Source: Amoeboradix gromovi X-113 (lineage: Eukaryota > Fungi > Sanchytriomycota). Taken from it: a stretch of DNA of 31,639 nucleotides. Of this stretch, positions 29,676 to 31,639 are shown piece by piece. Within the stretch, counting starts at the first letter, position 1; each line of letters opens with the position of its first letter. The notes below the pieces were generated by a model that ran no database searches, was not told the origin of the DNA, and saw nothing but the letters and a program-made list of their open reading frames with translations. Both the position numbers and the translations under genes were made by a program. Location: positions 1 through 31,639 of the forward strand of contig JADGIF010000033.1 of assembly GCA_018985225.1 (NCBI GenBank), read 5' to 3'.

Positions 29676-30239
29676 TTATTGAATGCTATTAAAGAACTCG
29701 TCCGCTTCTGGCACTTCCACTGGTTCCTCTTCCTGGTCAATGCCCTTGACCTGTCTTTTTAAAATTCTAGCAGGAGTTTTAAAAGGCTTATAAACCACAT
29801 TTGTAGATAATTCACCGGACCTGGTTCTTTCGCTTATGGCATTGTAAATCTCTAGCTTCGCAGAATTATTGTTAGCATCTTTCAAAAGTGAAATATACTT
29901 TCGATCCATTGGGAATTGAAGAGTATATATGTAATCAATTTTTGACTTTAAAACTTCATCAGGATCTGCGTTAGATTTCGACGCCTTTTCGTAAATCTTT
30001 TTACATTTCTTGCGCTCAAAAAACATGACCTGTTTGTATTTGATACTGAATTTTTTGTACTTTTCCAAAGTTTGCTTAATTTGCAATAACTTCTTCAGCT
30101 GAGCTTTTAAATCGTCGTCCTTAGCTAGTGATATCTCCTTTTTAATCTTGTACATTCCAATGTCAACCACTTGCTGTAAATCATAGTTTTCTGGTAATTC
30201 CTTTTGTAAATTATTAATCAGATCAATCATCAACAACAT
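29676..30239 (-). CDS. EFG1: rRNA-processing protein EFG1
   Basis: KYKQVMFFERKK and IDYIYTLQFP..RKYISL motifs, acidic DEFF C-terminus; start uncertain (ATG 30239 or 30155). Confidence 0.85.
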   Translation of the reverse strand: MLLMIDLINNLQKELPENYDLQQVVDIGMYKIKKEISLAKDDDLKAQLKKLLQIKQTLEKYKKFSIKYKQVMFFERKKCKKIYEKASKSNADPDEVLKSKIDYIYTLQFPMDRKYISLLKDANNNSAKLEIYNAISERTRSGELSTNVVYKPFKTPARILKRQVKGIDQEEEPVEVPEADEFFNSIQ

Positions 30240-30496
30240 TCTCCAAGTTTTCAGGAGTGTAGATATACAGCTATCTATGTTAACCACTTAAAGCATGCCT
30301 AATATCCACGTGAGCTATATTGCTCTAGCGATTGAGTAAACCAGTTTCTCTGTGTGAATTCTTGATTTTTTAGAAACCGGACTATCAGCAAGGTGATCGT
30401 TATCTATCCTCAAGAAGAAAGGGACCTTAAAAATTGAACTCTACGGGCAAGCAGATTTGTTCTAGAAGAATAATAATGTAAGGCCGTTATCGCAAA

Positions 30497-31465
30497 ATGG
30501 AAAAACTGATTTTTATAGGTGGTAATGATTTAAACGGAGTACCAAAGATTGTTAAACAAGAACAATACTGCAAAAGTAAAATTGCTTTGAAGCCTATAAA
30601 AAAGGGCATTGCGGTTCTACCACTTGTAAACCCAATGAAGGCTTTGGATAAATCTGCGGCTCAGCTACTTTATCTCTCTCAATCTTGCTTTAATGTCACT
30701 ACAAAGGTCGGATTACCTACCCAAATCATCTTTAAGCTTGTTAATACTAACAATAGTAAGTATTACCTGAGTTTTAGACTAGTCAAGAAAGTATTTGTTT
30801 GTATATCTAATATTCAATCTAAAAAAGCAATCATGCCTTATGAGGAGCTAGATATAACAGTGACCTGCAATAGCCAGTACCCTGGATGGTTTAGAGATGT
30901 GTATGACTTACAATGTGGGGACCAAGTTTTGAAATTCCAATTAAGCTGTTTTTTCCAAGGGTCAGTATTTGCTGTTGATAAAACGAAGTTAATCCACAAG
31001 GCAGCAGAAAGAAACGCTCATTCTGCAATTGACCTGATCTTCAAAACCTTATGGTCTACTGTAGAATATAAACAGACAGTAATAAGTCCACTTCTCTTCT
31101 ATGTACCGCTTCGTTTGCATTCTAAAGTAGCTCATTTAAAGGTCAGCACAAAGGACAAGTTTTTGATGGAAATAGAAAAGCAGTTAGAACCTGAGGATGT
31201 AGAGTTTTATATGGAAATGATTAATACCTTCAATCAGAATGATTTGTTTTTACCAGCTGGATCGCTGAAAGTCTTTGATAAGGCATTATTAAGTTGTTTT
31301 GAGCTTGATTTGCAAGTTTGTTTCTCAAGTTGCTTAGACTTTTTTTGTGAAGACCTGTTGCTGTTAAAGAAGCAAAAAAAGAAGGACAAGAAAATTAGCA
31401 TAGAAGAAGGGCTGAAGATTCACATTTTGACGTTTTTGGATTCCATATCTGTGTTTTTAAAATAA
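30497..31465 (+). CDS. Hypothetical protein with possible Ig-like (ASH/MYCBPAP-like) domain
   Basis: 322-aa ORF; beta-rich segment (IIFKLVN...IMPYEELDITVTCNSQYPGWFRDVYDL) reminiscent of ciliary Ig-like domains; family call is weak. Confidence 0.55.
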   Translation: MEKLIFIGGNDLNGVPKIVKQEQYCKSKIALKPIKKGIAVLPLVNPMKALDKSAAQLLYLSQSCFNVTTKVGLPTQIIFKLVNTNNSKYYLSFRLVKKVFVCISNIQSKKAIMPYEELDITVTCNSQYPGWFRDVYDLQCGDQVLKFQLSCFFQGSVFAVDKTKLIHKAAERNAHSAIDLIFKTLWSTVEYKQTVISPLLFYVPLRLHSKVAHLKVSTKDKFLMEIEKQLEPEDVEFYMEMINTFNQNDLFLPAGSLKVFDKALLSCFELDLQVCFSSCLDFFCEDLLLLKKQKKKDKKISIEEGLKIHILTFLDSISVFLK

Positions 31466-31506
31466 ACTTTGTTAATTATAAAGTGCATTTTTGGCGCCTT
31501 ATAATA

Positions 31507-31580
31507 CATATGGGACATCAAATATAAAAACTGGACTAACTTTCTGTAACAACTTTGAACAGTATTTCAGCTTTATTAAT
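31507..31580 (+). repeat. Tc1-like transposon end (TA|CATATGGGACATCAAATATAAAAACTGGAC), element may run off the window
   Basis: Preceded by TA (31505-31506); identical over 30 nt to the reverse complement of 22100-22129, with weaker similarity continuing ~40 nt. Confidence 0.75.
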
Positions 31581-31639
31581 TTTATGGATTTAAGAGGCGA
31601 GTGGACATTCAGCTAGTTGCGGAGTTGAAGAGTATAAAA

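Noticed and set aside
1-31639. CRISPR array or rRNA genes
   Set aside because: No regularly spaced direct repeats or rRNA signature sequences seen; the 30-bp repeats are dispersed and inverted transposon ends.

Overview
Gene-dense, AT-rich eukaryotic DNA in the standard genetic code, most consistent with an early-diverging, probably zoosporic, fungus or close relative (inferred from gene content). Housekeeping genes include a kynurenine-aminotransferase-like gene, INO1, stomatin, a DH-PH-WW RhoGEF, UTP23, a CTR copper transporter, BMS1, asparagine synthetase, an AIM29/C2orf76-family gene, ALG2 and EFG1. Three genes are split by ultra-short 19-20 nt GT-AG introns that all carry an A at position -6. 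The main finding is a set of eukaryotic RNA-guided (OMEGA/Fanzor) elements of both clades. (1) A GC-rich, TA-flanked Tc1/mariner-style TIR element (11002-12233) carries a 5'-truncated Fanzor1 nuclease with an intact D-E-D triad and zinc finger, followed by a foldable omegaRNA-like 3' end. (2) Two ~0.53 kb copies of an IS607-like mini-element (6143-6688 minus, 28977-29500 plus) join the HTH start of a TnpA serine recombinase to the C-terminus of a Fanzor2/TnpB, followed by a conserved structured tail. Also present are a second Tc1-like TIR/MITE family, a decayed Crinkler-like REase-kinase gene, two paralogous 10-Cys surface proteins and an orphan 7TM protein. All calls were made by eye; no searches were run.
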